Source of the DNA: Planctomycetota bacterium
Lineage (GTDB): Bacteria > Planctomycetota > UBA1135 > UBA2386
NCBI GenBank assembly: GCA_046290465.1
Contig: JBKAGP010000001.1
Coordinates: 96,001-160,000 of the forward strand
Direction of reading: 5' to 3'
DNA: 64,000 bases
Position numbers and translations under genes: made by a program. This document shows, piece by piece, positions 1 through 12,033 of this stretch. The stretch's first letter is position 1, and every line of letters starts with the position of its first letter. The notes beneath the pieces were generated by a model. That model worked only from the letters and a program-made list of their open reading frames with translations. It was not told the DNA's origin and searched no databases.

Positions 1-2
1 CG

Positions 3-611
3 GCCGTCGACGGTGACGCGGCCGCGGATCGTCGTGCCGGGCTCGAGCGTCAGCGAGCCGAGGTCGTGCCAGGTGTCCGGCAGCAGCCGCAGGCCGGCGA
101 GGCGCAGCGTCGCGTAGCGGTCGGAGAGCAGGTAGACGTCGTAGGCCTTGTCCTCGACGATCGGCAGGCCGAGCGCGAACACGCCGTCGTGCGCGCTGGT
201 CGCGGTCGCGACCGGGGCCAGCAGGTGGCGCTGCTGCTGCACCAGCAGCAGCACCATCGGGTCGTTGCTCGGCGACTCGGTCAGGTGCACCGAGACGCCC
301 TCGATCGACATGCCGGCGGCGTCGACGACGCGGCCGCGCAGGCCCTGCGGGTGCTCGCTGCCCGACGGCGGCTCGGTGCGCTCGAGCGGCGGTGGTTCCG
401 GCTGCTCGACGCGGCCGCCGGTGGCGACCTCGGGTCCGTCCTGGCCGGGCTTTGGCTGCTCGACCTCGTCGGGGCCGGCGCCGCGCGGCGTCGCGGTCTG
501 GCCGTCGGGCCACAGCCAGGCGACCAGCGCCGCCAGCAGCAGCGCGAGCACCGGCACCAGCCAGCGGGCCTGGGCGTTCGCGGTCGGTCGGGTCGGGTTG
601 GCGTCGGACAT
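3..611 (-). CDS. Membrane-anchored carboxypeptidase-regulatory-like (Ig/prealbumin-fold) domain protein, partial (runs off left edge)
   Basis: Not in the ORF track; my translation from ATG 611 reads MSDANPTRPTANAQARWLVPVLALLLAALVAWLWP (TM), a Pro-rich linker, then GLRGRVVDAAGMSIEGVSV...DLGSLTLEPGTTIRGRVTVDG, typical of these repeats. Confidence 0.7.
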   Translation of the reverse strand, partial: MSDANPTRPTANAQARWLVPVLALLLAALVAWLWPDGQTATPRGAGPDEVEQPKPGQDGPEVATGGRVEQPEPPPLERTEPPSGSEHPQGLRGRVVDAAGMSIEGVSVHLTESPSNDPMVLLLVQQQRHLLAPVATATSAHDGVFALGLPIVEDKAYDVYLLSDRYATLRLAGLRLLPDTWHDLGSLTLEPGTTIRGRVTVDG

Positions 612-802
612 GCTGCTGCAGACGGTAGGGCCGGAACGACGCTTGGAAACCACGCGACTTCCGCATTCGTGCGCGAGCGGCGCGATCCGGGACGGCGCCG
701 CCGGCGCGCACCCTGGAGTCTCGTGCACATCGGCGGATCGCCCGAGGCGATCGAGGAAAACCCCGAGCCACGTCGGGACAAGGAGGCGTAAGGCGCCCGC
801 AA

Positions 803-2590
803 ATGCGTCTTCATCCGTTGCGAACCGCAGCCCGAGCCCTGGTGCTGATCCTGCTCGCCGCCGCGCCGACCCTGACGGCGCAGCACTACACGCTGACCCT
901 GCCGGCGCCAAACGACCCGGCGCCCAACGGTCGCTGGTTCGGCCAGGGCTGCGGCCCGGTGCCCGGCGACTTCCCGCAGGTGTGGGTGTCCCCGCAGTTG
1001 CTGCCGGGCCGCACCAGCATGATGACGCTCGAGAACCTGCCGGCGTCGTCGTTCGCGATGCTGCTGCTCGGCACCAGCGCAGAGGCGTGGGGGGCGGTGC
1101 CGCTGCCGCAGCCGCTCGATCCGCTCGGCGCGCCCGGCTGTGCGCTGTACGTCGCGCCGGACGCCCAACTCGCGTTCCCGACCGGTCCCGGCGCGGTCAC
1201 CGTGCCGGTGTCGGTGCCGCTGCAGCCCGCACTCGCTGCGCAGCCGCTGTTCTGCCAGCTGCTCTACGGCCACCCGGGCAACGCGCTCGGTCTCGGCCTC
1301 GGCAACGGCTACGCGACGCGGATCGGCGGCATGCCGACGCCGACGACCTGGGTGTCGTCGATCTCGCAGCACGGCGTGACGTTCCAGTTCGCGCAGCCGG
1401 TCGAGGCGGGCCGCTTCGCCAACGGCGACTGGTTCGTCGTCGGGCCGGTGACCGTCAGCGGCATGACGCCGCCGTGCGCGGTGCAGAACGGCCGCACCAT
1501 CCACGGCGCGATGGTCGACCCCGACCCGTCGACGCAGGACCACGGCTACGACTCGACGCTGTTCGACCCGCAGCACTACAGCAACGCGCGCAATGCGGCC
1601 TGGAACCTGTCGGCGCAGAACCCGCTGACGCTCGGCCCGAACCACTGCCTGGTCAAGGCGATCAGCAACTTCGACCCCAACCTGATGCCGGCGCTCGACA
1701 CCTGTGCGGTGCTGACCGTCGTCGACGTGGTGCCGCCGGAGGGCTCGTTCCGCCCGGCCTATGGCGGCGACCACGTGGTCCGCCACGCGGTCGACCAGAT
1801 CGACTGGAACGTGCTGCAGAACCTCGTCGCGGCGCCGGGCATGCCGGATCTGGCGACGACGATCGCCGGCTTCGAACGGCCGTGGCTCGACCACGCGCCG
1901 GGCTGGGCGACGCGCTTCATGCACCCGGTGCAGAACATGCCCGACTACGGCCGCGACCTCGCCGCCGCCTACAACGAGGCGGCGCTGATGTGCCAGACGG
2001 CCGGCAACCTGTCGCTGCGCAAGCAGCTGGCGACGCACCTGGTGCAGATCGGCATCGACTTCTACGGCAACCTCGAGGGCGGCGCCTCGTGGGAAGGCGT
2101 CGGCGGCCACGGCTCGGGCCGCAAGTTCCCGATCCTGTTCGCGGGCGCGCTGCTCGGCGACGTCGAGATGCTGCGCGTCGGCCACGACTACGTCTCGGGC
2201 CACCAGCCCAACGGCCAGTCTTCGACCTACTTCGGCGAGGACTGCCAGACGTTCTACGTCGAGCAGACCGGCCCCAACGAGTTCAACTGGGGCCACGGCG
2301 GCTACTCGTCGGCGCACGTCGGCCTGCCCGAGTTCGGTTTCTCGCACGCGCACTACCCGCAGAACGACGACGTCGTCTGGACCGGCAACTCGTACCGCCA
2401 GTGCTGCACCGCCAACGCGTGGATCGGCGCGGTCCTGTGCACGCGCATCCTCGGCCTCGTCGACGAGTGGAACCACCCGGCGCTGTTCGACTACACCGAC
2501 CGCTACGCGAGCATCGAAGCGACCGGCTGGACGATGTCGTGGAAGCCGTGGGTCGAGGACATGTGGACGGTCTACCGGCCGCAGTTCTGA
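803..2590 (+). CDS. Secreted hypothetical protein with an N-terminal lineage-specific beta domain and a large C-terminal domain of unknown (possibly carbohydrate-active) function
   Basis: 595 aa, signal peptide (LVLILLAAAPTLTAQ), strong coding-type codon bias; residues ~45-170 resemble the C-terminal domain of the kelch protein at 5782. Confidence 0.8.
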   Translation: MRLHPLRTAARALVLILLAAAPTLTAQHYTLTLPAPNDPAPNGRWFGQGCGPVPGDFPQVWVSPQLLPGRTSMMTLENLPASSFAMLLLGTSAEAWGAVPLPQPLDPLGAPGCALYVAPDAQLAFPTGPGAVTVPVSVPLQPALAAQPLFCQLLYGHPGNALGLGLGNGYATRIGGMPTPTTWVSSISQHGVTFQFAQPVEAGRFANGDWFVVGPVTVSGMTPPCAVQNGRTIHGAMVDPDPSTQDHGYDSTLFDPQHYSNARNAAWNLSAQNPLTLGPNHCLVKAISNFDPNLMPALDTCAVLTVVDVVPPEGSFRPAYGGDHVVRHAVDQIDWNVLQNLVAAPGMPDLATTIAGFERPWLDHAPGWATRFMHPVQNMPDYGRDLAAAYNEAALMCQTAGNLSLRKQLATHLVQIGIDFYGNLEGGASWEGVGGHGSGRKFPILFAGALLGDVEMLRVGHDYVSGHQPNGQSSTYFGEDCQTFYVEQTGPNEFNWGHGGYSSAHVGLPEFGFSHAHYPQNDDVVWTGNSYRQCCTANAWIGAVLCTRILGLVDEWNHPALFDYTDRYASIEATGWTMSWKPWVEDMWTVYRPQF

Positions 2591-2642
2591 GCAAGGCGTT
2601 CGGAACCGGCAGGCCCGCGGCGCTCTGGTTGCGGCACCGGGG

Positions 2643-4460
2643 ATGCTCCGTTCCGCGCCACTGCTCACGATGTCCGCCGTCGTCGTCGCGTCGCTCGCGG
2701 CCGCGTGGGGGCTGTACTGCTGGTGGACGTTTGCGCCGGACCTCGGCAACCGGCTGCGCGACGACGCCTACTACGAGTTCGTCTGGGCGATCAACTTCGC
2801 CGAGGGCCGCTGTGGCACCGTCAGTGACGGCGTGACGACGTCCGGCGTGCAGTGGCTGTGGACGCTGCTGCTGGCCGGGATCGCGTGGCTGTTCGGCAGC
2901 CAGGCGGTGCTGCTGGCGCCGTTCCTCGGCGGGGCATTGCACGTCGTCAACGCCGCGATCTGGTGGCGGCTGCCGCGGGACCGCGCCACCGGCGTGGTGC
3001 TGGCGCTGTGCTGGCTCGGCCATCCGCTGCTGTTGCGCGAGGCGCAGAACGGCCAGGAGACGGCGCTCGCGGTGCTCTGCGCCACCGGCGTCTACGCGCT
3101 GCGGCACGGCCGCGAACGGTCGTTCGTGCCGATGTGCATCCTGGCGACGCTGGCGCGCAGCGACCTGTTCGCGCTGGTGTTCGTGATGTCGCTGTGCCGC
3201 CACCGCCGCGCGCCGTTCTGCGCGCTGCCGGCGCCGGTGCTGTCGTTCGCGGCGCTGGCTGCGCTCAACCTGCACTTCGGCGGCGGCCTGCTGCAGGACT
3301 CCGGCATGCCGATGTCGTGGCTGTGGCACCAGAACCTCGAGCAGGTCGCGGGCTTCTGGTCGAGCCAGTGGTGGTTCACGCGGCCGGTGCTGCTCGGCGG
3401 CCCGTTCGCGCTGGCGTCGACGTTCGGCTTCGGCCTGGTCGCGTTCCTGCTGATCCGGCCGTGGTGGCCGGCGGCGCTGCGGGTCGTGCCGGCGGTCGCG
3501 GTCGGCGCGGCGGCGTCGCTCGGCGTGCACGACCTCGCGACCGCCGGCTGGTGCGCGCTGCTGCTGGCGCTGTTCCCGGCGGTCAAGCTGCGGCCGATGC
3601 CGTGCTGGCTGCTGGCGGTCACCGTCGGCCTGGTGGCGATCGTCGTGCTGCACTGGGCGATCCGCTGGTACCCGCGCGACTACTACCTGGCGCCGCTGGT
3701 GGTGGCGGCGTTCGCGGCGATGCAGCGGCTCGGCCGGTGGCGGCTGCTGCTGCTGGCGTTCCCGATCGTGCAGCTGCAGGACAGCTGGCGGGTGCAGCCC
3801 GAACCGCTGGGTGGCCAGGCCGAGATGCGGCTGGCGGGGCAGCTGCTCGAACGCACGCTGCCGGCGAGCGAACGGGTCGGCTGCTTCAACAGCGGCATCG
3901 TCACCTGGTTCGACGCGTTCCCCGACCCCGTGCATCGCGACCGCCCGCGCGGCATCGTCAACCTCGACGGCGTCGTCGACCGCCGCAGCTTCGCGGCGCT
4001 GCAGGCGCACCGCCTCGGCGCCTGGCTCGACGAGCAGGGGGTGCGCTTCGTGCTCGACTCGCCGCACCAGTTCTCGCTCGACCCGGCGGTGCCGCACGCC
4101 TGCGGCCGGTTCTTCGGCGACGGTTTCGATCCGGACGTCGACCTGGTCGAGGTCGCGCGCTTCGACGTCGCCGGCGTGCACGGCGCGCTGCCGTCGTCCG
4201 ACAGCATGCGGCTCTACTGGCGGCGCGGTCGGGGGGCGCCGCCGGCTCGCTGGATCGAGCCCGGCACCCTGCGAAGCCTCGGTCCAGAGGAGGCGAGCCC
4301 GCGTCTTGTGCTGTGGGGGGCGCAGGCCGGCGCGTCGCTGCTGGCACGCTGGCCCGGCGGCGAACGGCTGCTGGCGCGGGTCGACGTCGACACCGCGGTG
4401 GTGCTGGAGCTTCCGTCCTCCCTGCCGGACGGCGCGAGCCTCCACATCGAGCGCCGCTGA
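2643..4460 (+). CDS. Polytopic membrane protein, GT-C-type glycosyltransferase-like
   Basis: First TM followed by RDDAYYEF..AINFAEG...TSGVQWLW, then NGQET, LARSD and a C-terminal VNLDGVV; many TM segments. Confidence 0.6.
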   Translation: MLRSAPLLTMSAVVVASLAAAWGLYCWWTFAPDLGNRLRDDAYYEFVWAINFAEGRCGTVSDGVTTSGVQWLWTLLLAGIAWLFGSQAVLLAPFLGGALHVVNAAIWWRLPRDRATGVVLALCWLGHPLLLREAQNGQETALAVLCATGVYALRHGRERSFVPMCILATLARSDLFALVFVMSLCRHRRAPFCALPAPVLSFAALAALNLHFGGGLLQDSGMPMSWLWHQNLEQVAGFWSSQWWFTRPVLLGGPFALASTFGFGLVAFLLIRPWWPAALRVVPAVAVGAAASLGVHDLATAGWCALLLALFPAVKLRPMPCWLLAVTVGLVAIVVLHWAIRWYPRDYYLAPLVVAAFAAMQRLGRWRLLLLAFPIVQLQDSWRVQPEPLGGQAEMRLAGQLLERTLPASERVGCFNSGIVTWFDAFPDPVHRDRPRGIVNLDGVVDRRSFAALQAHRLGAWLDEQGVRFVLDSPHQFSLDPAVPHACGRFFGDGFDPDVDLVEVARFDVAGVHGALPSSDSMRLYWRRGRGAPPARWIEPGTLRSLGPEEASPRLVLWGAQAGASLLARWPGGERLLARVDVDTAVVLELPSSLPDGASLHIERR

Positions 4461-4509
4461 CCGCAGAACTTGGCCTGCGCTGGCGATTGCGCTCAACTGG
4501 TCGCCAGTC

Positions 4510-5490
4510 ATGAACCGCTTCACCCTCAGCGAACAGTTCTTCCGCGACCAGGCCAGCGCGCACGCGACCGGCGGCCTGTCGACGGTCCTCAACCGCATGA
4601 GCCTCGTCGCGCGCATGCTCGCCAGCGAGATCATGCGCGCCGGCTTCGTCGGCAAGCTCGGCTACACCGGCACCAGCAACGTGCAGGACGAGGACGTGCG
4701 CGAGCTCGACGTGATCAGCAACGACACCACGCTGCAGGTGTTCGAGAACATGCCGATGGTCGCGGCGATCGCGTCGGAGGAGATGGAGCACATGCAGGTG
4801 CTGCCCGGCGGCGAGGACGGCAAGTACCTGATCGCGATCGACCCGCTCGACGGCAGCGGCAACGTCGACGTCGCCGGCCAGATGGGCACGATCTTCGGCA
4901 TCTACAAGCGAGCCGAGATCGGCAAGCCGGTCGCCAAGGAAGAGTTCTTCCAGCCCGGCCGCAACCTGGTGGCGGCCGGCTACGTGCTCTACGGGCCGTG
5001 CACGATGATGGTCTACTCGGCCGGCGGCCCGGTGAACGGCTTCACGCTCGACCGCTCGATCGGCACGTTCTTCCTGACGCACCCCGACCTGAAGATCCCC
5101 GAGGGCAAGGGCGCCTACTCGGTCAACGAGGCCAACGAGATCCTGTGGGACGGCAAGACCAAGGACATGGTCGCGACGTTCCGTCGCCAGCAGGCCGACA
5201 GCGGCAAGCGCGCGGCGCGGTATGCCGGCGCGCTGGTCGGCGACTTCCACCGCACGCTGCTGAAGGGCGGCATCTACATGTATCCCGGCACCACCGACAA
5301 GCCGCAGGGCAAGCTGCGGTTGTTGTACGAGAACGCGCCGCTGGCATTCCTGTGCGAGCGGGCTGGTGGTGCGGCGAGTGACGGGGTGCGGCCGATTCTG
5401 GACGTCGTGCCGGAAGATCTGCACCAGCGCACGCCGTTGTTCATCGGGTCGAGGGGGGATGTGGAGGAGGTAGTGCGTCGCTTGGGCTGA
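4510..5490 (+). CDS. fbp: Fructose-1,6-bisphosphatase class I
   Basis: IASEE, IDPLDGSGNVD, YSVNE, RYAGALVGDFHRTLLKGGIYMYP and GKLRLLYENAPLAF motifs; start moved to ATG 4510. Confidence 0.95.
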   Translation: MNRFTLSEQFFRDQASAHATGGLSTVLNRMSLVARMLASEIMRAGFVGKLGYTGTSNVQDEDVRELDVISNDTTLQVFENMPMVAAIASEEMEHMQVLPGGEDGKYLIAIDPLDGSGNVDVAGQMGTIFGIYKRAEIGKPVAKEEFFQPGRNLVAAGYVLYGPCTMMVYSAGGPVNGFTLDRSIGTFFLTHPDLKIPEGKGAYSVNEANEILWDGKTKDMVATFRRQQADSGKRAARYAGALVGDFHRTLLKGGIYMYPGTTDKPQGKLRLLYENAPLAFLCERAGGAASDGVRPILDVVPEDLHQRTPLFIGSRGDVEEVVRRLG

Positions 5491-5519
5491 GCGCGCAGCG
5501 CTCAGCCCAAGCGACGCAC
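5473..5519. terminator. Perfect 22-bp hairpin overlapping the fbp stop codon
   Basis: gtgcgtcgcttgggctgagcgc-gca-gcgctcagcccaagcgacgcac; no U-tract. Confidence 0.55.
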
Positions 5520-5757
5520 AGCGGGTACGCGAACGCGAAGCGTTCGCGGGCCCGCCACGAGCTCGGGCAAAGCCCGAGCGGGACGTTCGGGCCTCTGTGT
5601 ACTGTCGAGGCCGACGCGACGCTGATCGGGCGACCAGCCAAGCACAACCAGCCCCAGCCCCAGCCCCAGCCCCCAGCCCACCGACGCCCGAACTGCCGCT
5701 TGGGCTTTGCCCAAGCTTGTGGCGGACCGCGAACGCTTCGCGTTCGCGTACCCGCTG
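5519..5757. repeat. REPIN/MITE-like element: ~72-bp inverted arms, each with two internal palindromes, around a spacer containing a (CCAGCC)n run
   Basis: 5519-5592 is a near reverse complement of 5686-5757; internal hairpins gcgaacgc-gaa-gcgttcgc and gctcgggc-aaa-gcccgagc; hexamer run at 5648-5679. Confidence 0.8.
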
Positions 5758-5781
5758 CGTGCGCGGCTGCGCCGCGCCCGC

Positions 5782-7143
5782 TTACTGCCCGATCAGGGCT
5801 CGGCCGCCCCGGGTCGCACCGAGGAACACCGCCCCCGGACCGATCGTGAACGCCAACCCCTGACAGTACACCGACTGCCCCACCAGGCTCACCTGCGCCG
5901 GCAGCGGCACCGAGTAGCTGGCGACGCCACCGGTCGCCAGCGACACGTCGATCAGGTCGGCGCTCGCCAGCAGGCCACAGCCCGGCAGGCCGATCAGTGC
6001 CAGGTCGAACGGCAGCGGCAGGCCATTGAAGACCTGGTCGGACAGGCCGAGCACCCAGACCGCGCCGATCGACGTGCCGAGGTTGTTGGCGTCGAGGTTC
6101 AGCGTGGTGCCGATGTTCGGCGTCGTGCCGGTCAGGCCCGGGGTGCCGTTGGCGAGGTCGCAGGCGGCGCCGTAGAGGGAGAACACGCCGTCGGTGTTGC
6201 CGGTGAACTCCCACGTCTCGTTGCTGAAGCCGCCGCCGAAGCCGCCGAACAGCACGAACTTCTCGCGCAGTGGGTCATAGGCGCCGAGCGCTTCGGTGGC
6301 GTTGGTCGGGTTGTTGCCGGCCGGCGGCACGGTCGACCACTCGCCGCCCGAGTACTCGAGCGTCTGCTCGAGGATCGAGGTGCCGTCGAAGCCGCCGTAG
6401 TAGACGGTGCGCGAGCGGTTCGAGTCGTAGACCATCGAGCCGCGGAAGCGCGGCGCCGGGCTGCTCGCCGGGCTGACGTCGACCCAGTCGACGCCGTCGA
6501 ACCACCAGGTGTCGCCGAAGATCGTCTGGGTGCTCTCGTCGCAGCCGCCGAACATCACCACGCGGTTGAGCGAGGCGTCGAACACCATGCCCATCTCCTC
6601 GCGCGCCGCCGGCGTGTTGGCGGTGACGACCTGCGTCCAGTTGGTGCCGTCGAACTCCCACGTCTGGTTGTTCGGCGCGAAGCCGCTGCGGCCGCCGAAC
6701 AGCACCACGACGTTGCGGTTCGAGTCGTAGGCCATGCCGTAGAGGAAGCGCGCGCTCGGCGCGTTGGCGGTCGGGATGACCGTCCACGAGTTGCCCGTCC
6801 ACGCGCGCGTGTCGTTGGCCAGCGAACTGATCGTCGGCGAGCGGCCGCCGAACGTGATCAGCCGGTTGTTGGTCGTGTCGGTGACCATCTGGTGGCCCCA
6901 GCGCGCGGTCGCGCCGACCGGAGCCAGCTGCGTCCACTGGCCGTTGAACGACCACATCTCGTTGGTCGACTGGCTCGGCGTCGCGGTCAGGCCGCCGTAG
7001 ATCAGCACGCGGTTGGTGTTGGGATCGAACGCGGCGGCGCCCGAGCGGCGCGGCGACGGCGAGTTGGGCGGCGACTGCTGCGCCCACTGCGCAGGAAGCG
7101 CGGTGACCAACGCCAGGAGCGGGAGAAGCTTGATGGAACGCAT
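5782..7143 (-). CDS. Secreted kelch-repeat beta-propeller protein with a C-terminal lineage-specific domain
   Basis: Signal peptide MRSIKLLPLLALVTALPAQ; about six repeats of P.AR....M.YD......V.FGG......TW.F.G..W; start moved to ATG 7143. Confidence 0.9.
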   Translation of the reverse strand: MRSIKLLPLLALVTALPAQWAQQSPPNSPSPRRSGAAAFDPNTNRVLIYGGLTATPSQSTNEMWSFNGQWTQLAPVGATARWGHQMVTDTTNNRLITFGGRSPTISSLANDTRAWTGNSWTVIPTANAPSARFLYGMAYDSNRNVVVLFGGRSGFAPNNQTWEFDGTNWTQVVTANTPAAREEMGMVFDASLNRVVMFGGCDESTQTIFGDTWWFDGVDWVDVSPASSPAPRFRGSMVYDSNRSRTVYYGGFDGTSILEQTLEYSGGEWSTVPPAGNNPTNATEALGAYDPLREKFVLFGGFGGGFSNETWEFTGNTDGVFSLYGAACDLANGTPGLTGTTPNIGTTLNLDANNLGTSIGAVWVLGLSDQVFNGLPLPFDLALIGLPGCGLLASADLIDVSLATGGVASYSVPLPAQVSLVGQSVYCQGLAFTIGPGAVFLGATRGGRALIGQ

Positions 7144-7261
7144 AGGTGTACGCATTGGGCCGGCCCGAGCGGGAACTCGGGGCATTACGGCGAAGGAGAG
7201 GGGCGTAAGGAATCTAGCCCAAGCGTGGCGCGCGCGCCTGCTGCCTATGCAGAATGTCCGG

Positions 7262-7975
7262 ATGCCTGATTCCGGTGCGCCGATCCGCGTGACCCTTCGC
7301 TGCTTCGCCGCGGTGCGAGAGACCCTTGGTACCGACCAGTTGTCGGTCGAGCTCGAACCGGGCACGACCGTGCACGGTCTGCGGGAAAAGCTCGCCGAAC
7401 AACATCCGGCGCTGCTGCGCGTGCCGGTCGCCTTCGCCGTCAACCGCGACTACGCGCGCGCCGAGTCGGTGCTGCGCGACGGCGACGAGGTCGCGTTCAT
7501 CCCGCCGATCAGCGGCGGCTCCGGCGACAAGGAGCTGTATCGCTTCGACCTGACCGACGGCGTCATCGATCCGCGTGCGCTCGAGGCCGAGTGCCGCACC
7601 GACCGCGACGGCGCGATCGTGACGTTCGCCGGCACGACGCGCGACCACAACGAAGGCGCCGAGGTGCTCTCGCTCAGCTACGAGACCTACACCGAGATGG
7701 CGCAGCGCGTCATGTGCGGCCTGTTCGAGGAAGCGATCAAACGGTTCCCGATCACGCGGGCGCGCGTCGTGCATCGACTCGGCGAGGTGCCGGTCGGCGA
7801 GGCTTCGGTCGTGGTCGTGGTCGCGTCGCCGCACCGCGGCCCGGCGTTCGACGCCTGCCGCTTCCTGATGGACCGGCTCAAGAACGAGGTGCCGATCTGG
7901 AAGCGCGAGAAGCTGCGCGACGGCAGCGGCGAGCGTTGGATCGGCGACCTGCCCAAGCCCGGCGGCGACGCATAG
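7262..7975 (+). CDS. moaX: Fused molybdopterin synthase MoaD-MoaE (MoaX-type)
   Basis: ThiS/MoaD domain ending FAVN...DGDEVAFIPPISGG, continuing in frame into MoaE (GAIVTFAGTTRD, HRLGEVPVGEASV, SPHR, LKNEVPIWKRE). Confidence 0.9.
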   Translation: MPDSGAPIRVTLRCFAAVRETLGTDQLSVELEPGTTVHGLREKLAEQHPALLRVPVAFAVNRDYARAESVLRDGDEVAFIPPISGGSGDKELYRFDLTDGVIDPRALEAECRTDRDGAIVTFAGTTRDHNEGAEVLSLSYETYTEMAQRVMCGLFEEAIKRFPITRARVVHRLGEVPVGEASVVVVVASPHRGPAFDACRFLMDRLKNEVPIWKREKLRDGSGERWIGDLPKPGGDA

Positions 7976-8092
7976 CGGCGCGCAGCCGGAGCCCCGGTCG
8001 GTGCGGAACGGCGCGCTGCGCCGACCCGGCCGGATCGGCGAGTCGAGTACTCGTTGGCCTGGCCGTGTGCTGGCGGCTACAAACACGGGCGT

Positions 8093-9586
8093 ATGAAGAT
8101 CCGCCATGTGTCGGCCGCGCAGGGAAGTCGCGGGGATGCCTGTTTCGTTCTGGCTTCGGATGGTCGCGTCGACGCGGGCGATGCGCTGGCATCGGCGCTG
8201 CGCGCGGCCAAGGCGACGGGCGACCTGAAGACGTCGTTCCGCCAGGTCTCGGTGTTCCACCAGCCGAAGGGCTCGGGCCGCAAGCGGCTCGGCGTCGTTG
8301 GCATGGGCAAGGCGCAGGACGTGCAGACCGAGCAGCTGCGGCGCGCCGCGGCGCTGGCGCAGGGCCGGGCCGAGGAGCTGGAGGTCGCCGAGCTGTCGCT
8401 GGTGGTGCCGGCCAACGTGATCCGCAAGAGCAAGCCGCTGCTGGCCGGCATGGCGATCGGCGAGGGCCTGGTGCTCGGCGCCTACCGCTACGAGCCGCCG
8501 CGCAAGGACAAGGCGCCGAAGCGCCACGCGCAGCGCTGCGCGGTCGCGACCGTCGGCCTGACCGCTGGCGACGACAAGGAGTTCGCGCGCGGGCTCAAGC
8601 TCGGCGCGCTGGCGGCGGAGGGCACCGTGTTCGCGCGCGACCTCGAGAACCAGCCGGCCAACATCCTGACGCCGGCCGCGATGGCGAGCCAGGCACGGCG
8701 CCTCGCCGGTGGCCGCCTGACGGTCAAGGTGCTCGACGAGAAGGCGATGGCCAAACTCAAGATGGGCTCGCTGCTGGGCGTGTCGCGCGGCAGCAAGCTG
8801 CCGGCCAAGCTGATCGTGTTCGAGTACAAGACGCCTGGCGCCAAGGGCAACGTCGCGATCCTCGGCAAGGGCCTGACGTTCGACAGCGGCGGCATCAGCA
8901 TCAAGCCGTCGGCGCGCATGGACGAGATGCGCTACGACATGTGCGGTGCCGGCGCGGTGATGGGCCTGTTCCACGCGCTCAGCAAGGGGGCGCTCGGCAC
9001 GCACAAGCCGAAGAAGAACGTCATCGGCGTGATCGCCGCCGCGGAGAACATGCCCGACGCCGACGCGCAGCGGCCCGGTGACGTGGTCACCGCGATGGAC
9101 GGGCAGACGATCGAGGTGCTCAACACCGACGCCGAGGGCCGGCTGGTGCTCGCCGACGCGATCTGCTACGCGAAGAAGTTCTACCAGCCGGAGAAGATGT
9201 GCGACCTGGCGACGCTGACCGGCGCCGTCGTCGTCGCGCTCGGCCACGAGATGGCCGGCATCATGGGCAGCGACCAGAAGCTGATCGACGACCTGATCGA
9301 CGCCGGTGACGTCGCCGACGAGCCGCTCTGGCAGCTGCCGCTGTGGCAGTGCCACAAGGACCAGGTGAAGAGCAAGTTCGCCGACCTCGCCAACATCAAC
9401 TCGCCCGGCCACGGCAACGGCTCGACCGCCGGCGGTGCGTTCTTGAGCTACTTCGTCGGCGACACGCCGTGGGCGCACCTCGACATCGCCGGTGCCGCCT
9501 ATGGCTGCCTCGCCAAGGACTACTACAAGGGCGGCGCCAGCGGCACCGCGGTGCGCACGCTGCTGCACTGGATCCGCACGCTCTGA
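8093..9586 (+). CDS. pepA: Leucyl aminopeptidase (M17 family)
   Basis: [38 protein letters not shown] and WAHLDIAG motifs. Confidence 0.95.
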   Translation: MKIRHVSAAQGSRGDACFVLASDGRVDAGDALASALRAAKATGDLKTSFRQVSVFHQPKGSGRKRLGVVGMGKAQDVQTEQLRRAAALAQGRAEELEVAELSLVVPANVIRKSKPLLAGMAIGEGLVLGAYRYEPPRKDKAPKRHAQRCAVATVGLTAGDDKEFARGLKLGALAAEGTVFARDLENQPANILTPAAMASQARRLAGGRLTVKVLDEKAMAKLKMGSLLGVSRGSKLPAKLIVFEYKTPGAKGNVAILGKGLTFDSGGISIKPSARMDEMRYDMCGAGAVMGLFHALSKGALGTHKPKKNVIGVIAAAENMPDADAQRPGDVVTAMDGQTIEVLNTDAEGRLVLADAICYAKKFYQPEKMCDLATLTGAVVVALGHEMAGIMGSDQKLIDDLIDAGDVADEPLWQLPLWQCHKDQVKSKFADLANINSPGHGNGSTAGGAFLSYFVGDTPWAHLDIAGAAYGCLAKDYYKGGASGTAVRTLLHWIRTL

Positions 9587-9641
9587 GCCGCACTCGCCAG
9601 CCGAACCCGTCGCCAGCGAGAATCCGTCCGTCGCCAGCAAC

Positions 9642-11587
<1,946 letters not shown>

Positions 11588-11591
<4 letters not shown>

Positions 11592-11950
11592 GCGGGCTCG
11601 CGCCGCGGCTGCACGAAGGCATCTACGCGTTCGTCTGCGTGCCCGAGGCGACGCCGACCACGGGGCTGGGCGTGGTCGCCACGGTGCGCGAAGCCGAAGG
11701 GCGCACGCTGGTGCTGCCGGTCGCCGTGGCCGAGGCGCAGGGCTTCGAGGTGCTCTGGCGCAGCCGCTGGATCACGCTGGAGCTGCCGACCGGGCTGTCG
11801 ATGGTGGGGCTGACGGCCCGCTTCGCGGCCGCGCTGGCAGAAGACGGTGTTCCGTGCAATGTGTTCGCGGGGGCGCATCATGACCACGTGTTCGTGCCCG
11901 AGCCGGACGGCCCGCGCGCGCAGGCCCTGTTGGCTGCCCTGTCCGTGTAG
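11588..11950 (+). CDS. Small ACT-domain protein (DUF2241/ACT_7, CASTOR-like)
   Basis: GTGA overlap with the acs stop; EAEGRTLV...WITL....[31 protein letters not shown]. Confidence 0.8.
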
Positions 11951-11987
11951 GCCTGGTTCGCTAGGTCCGATGGCATCGGACGTCCGG

Positions 11988-12033
11988 TGTGGGGGCGCTT
12001 GTGGACAAATGTGGGGGAAAAGCCTGTAGAAAA
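11988..12033. promoter_or_regulatory. Cluster of DnaA-box-like 9-mers upstream of the porin gene
   Basis: TGTGGACAA at 12000-12008 (= TTGTCCACA), TGTAGAAAA at 12025-12033, weaker TGTGGGGG at 11988 and 12010; all in the same orientation. Confidence 0.3.
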
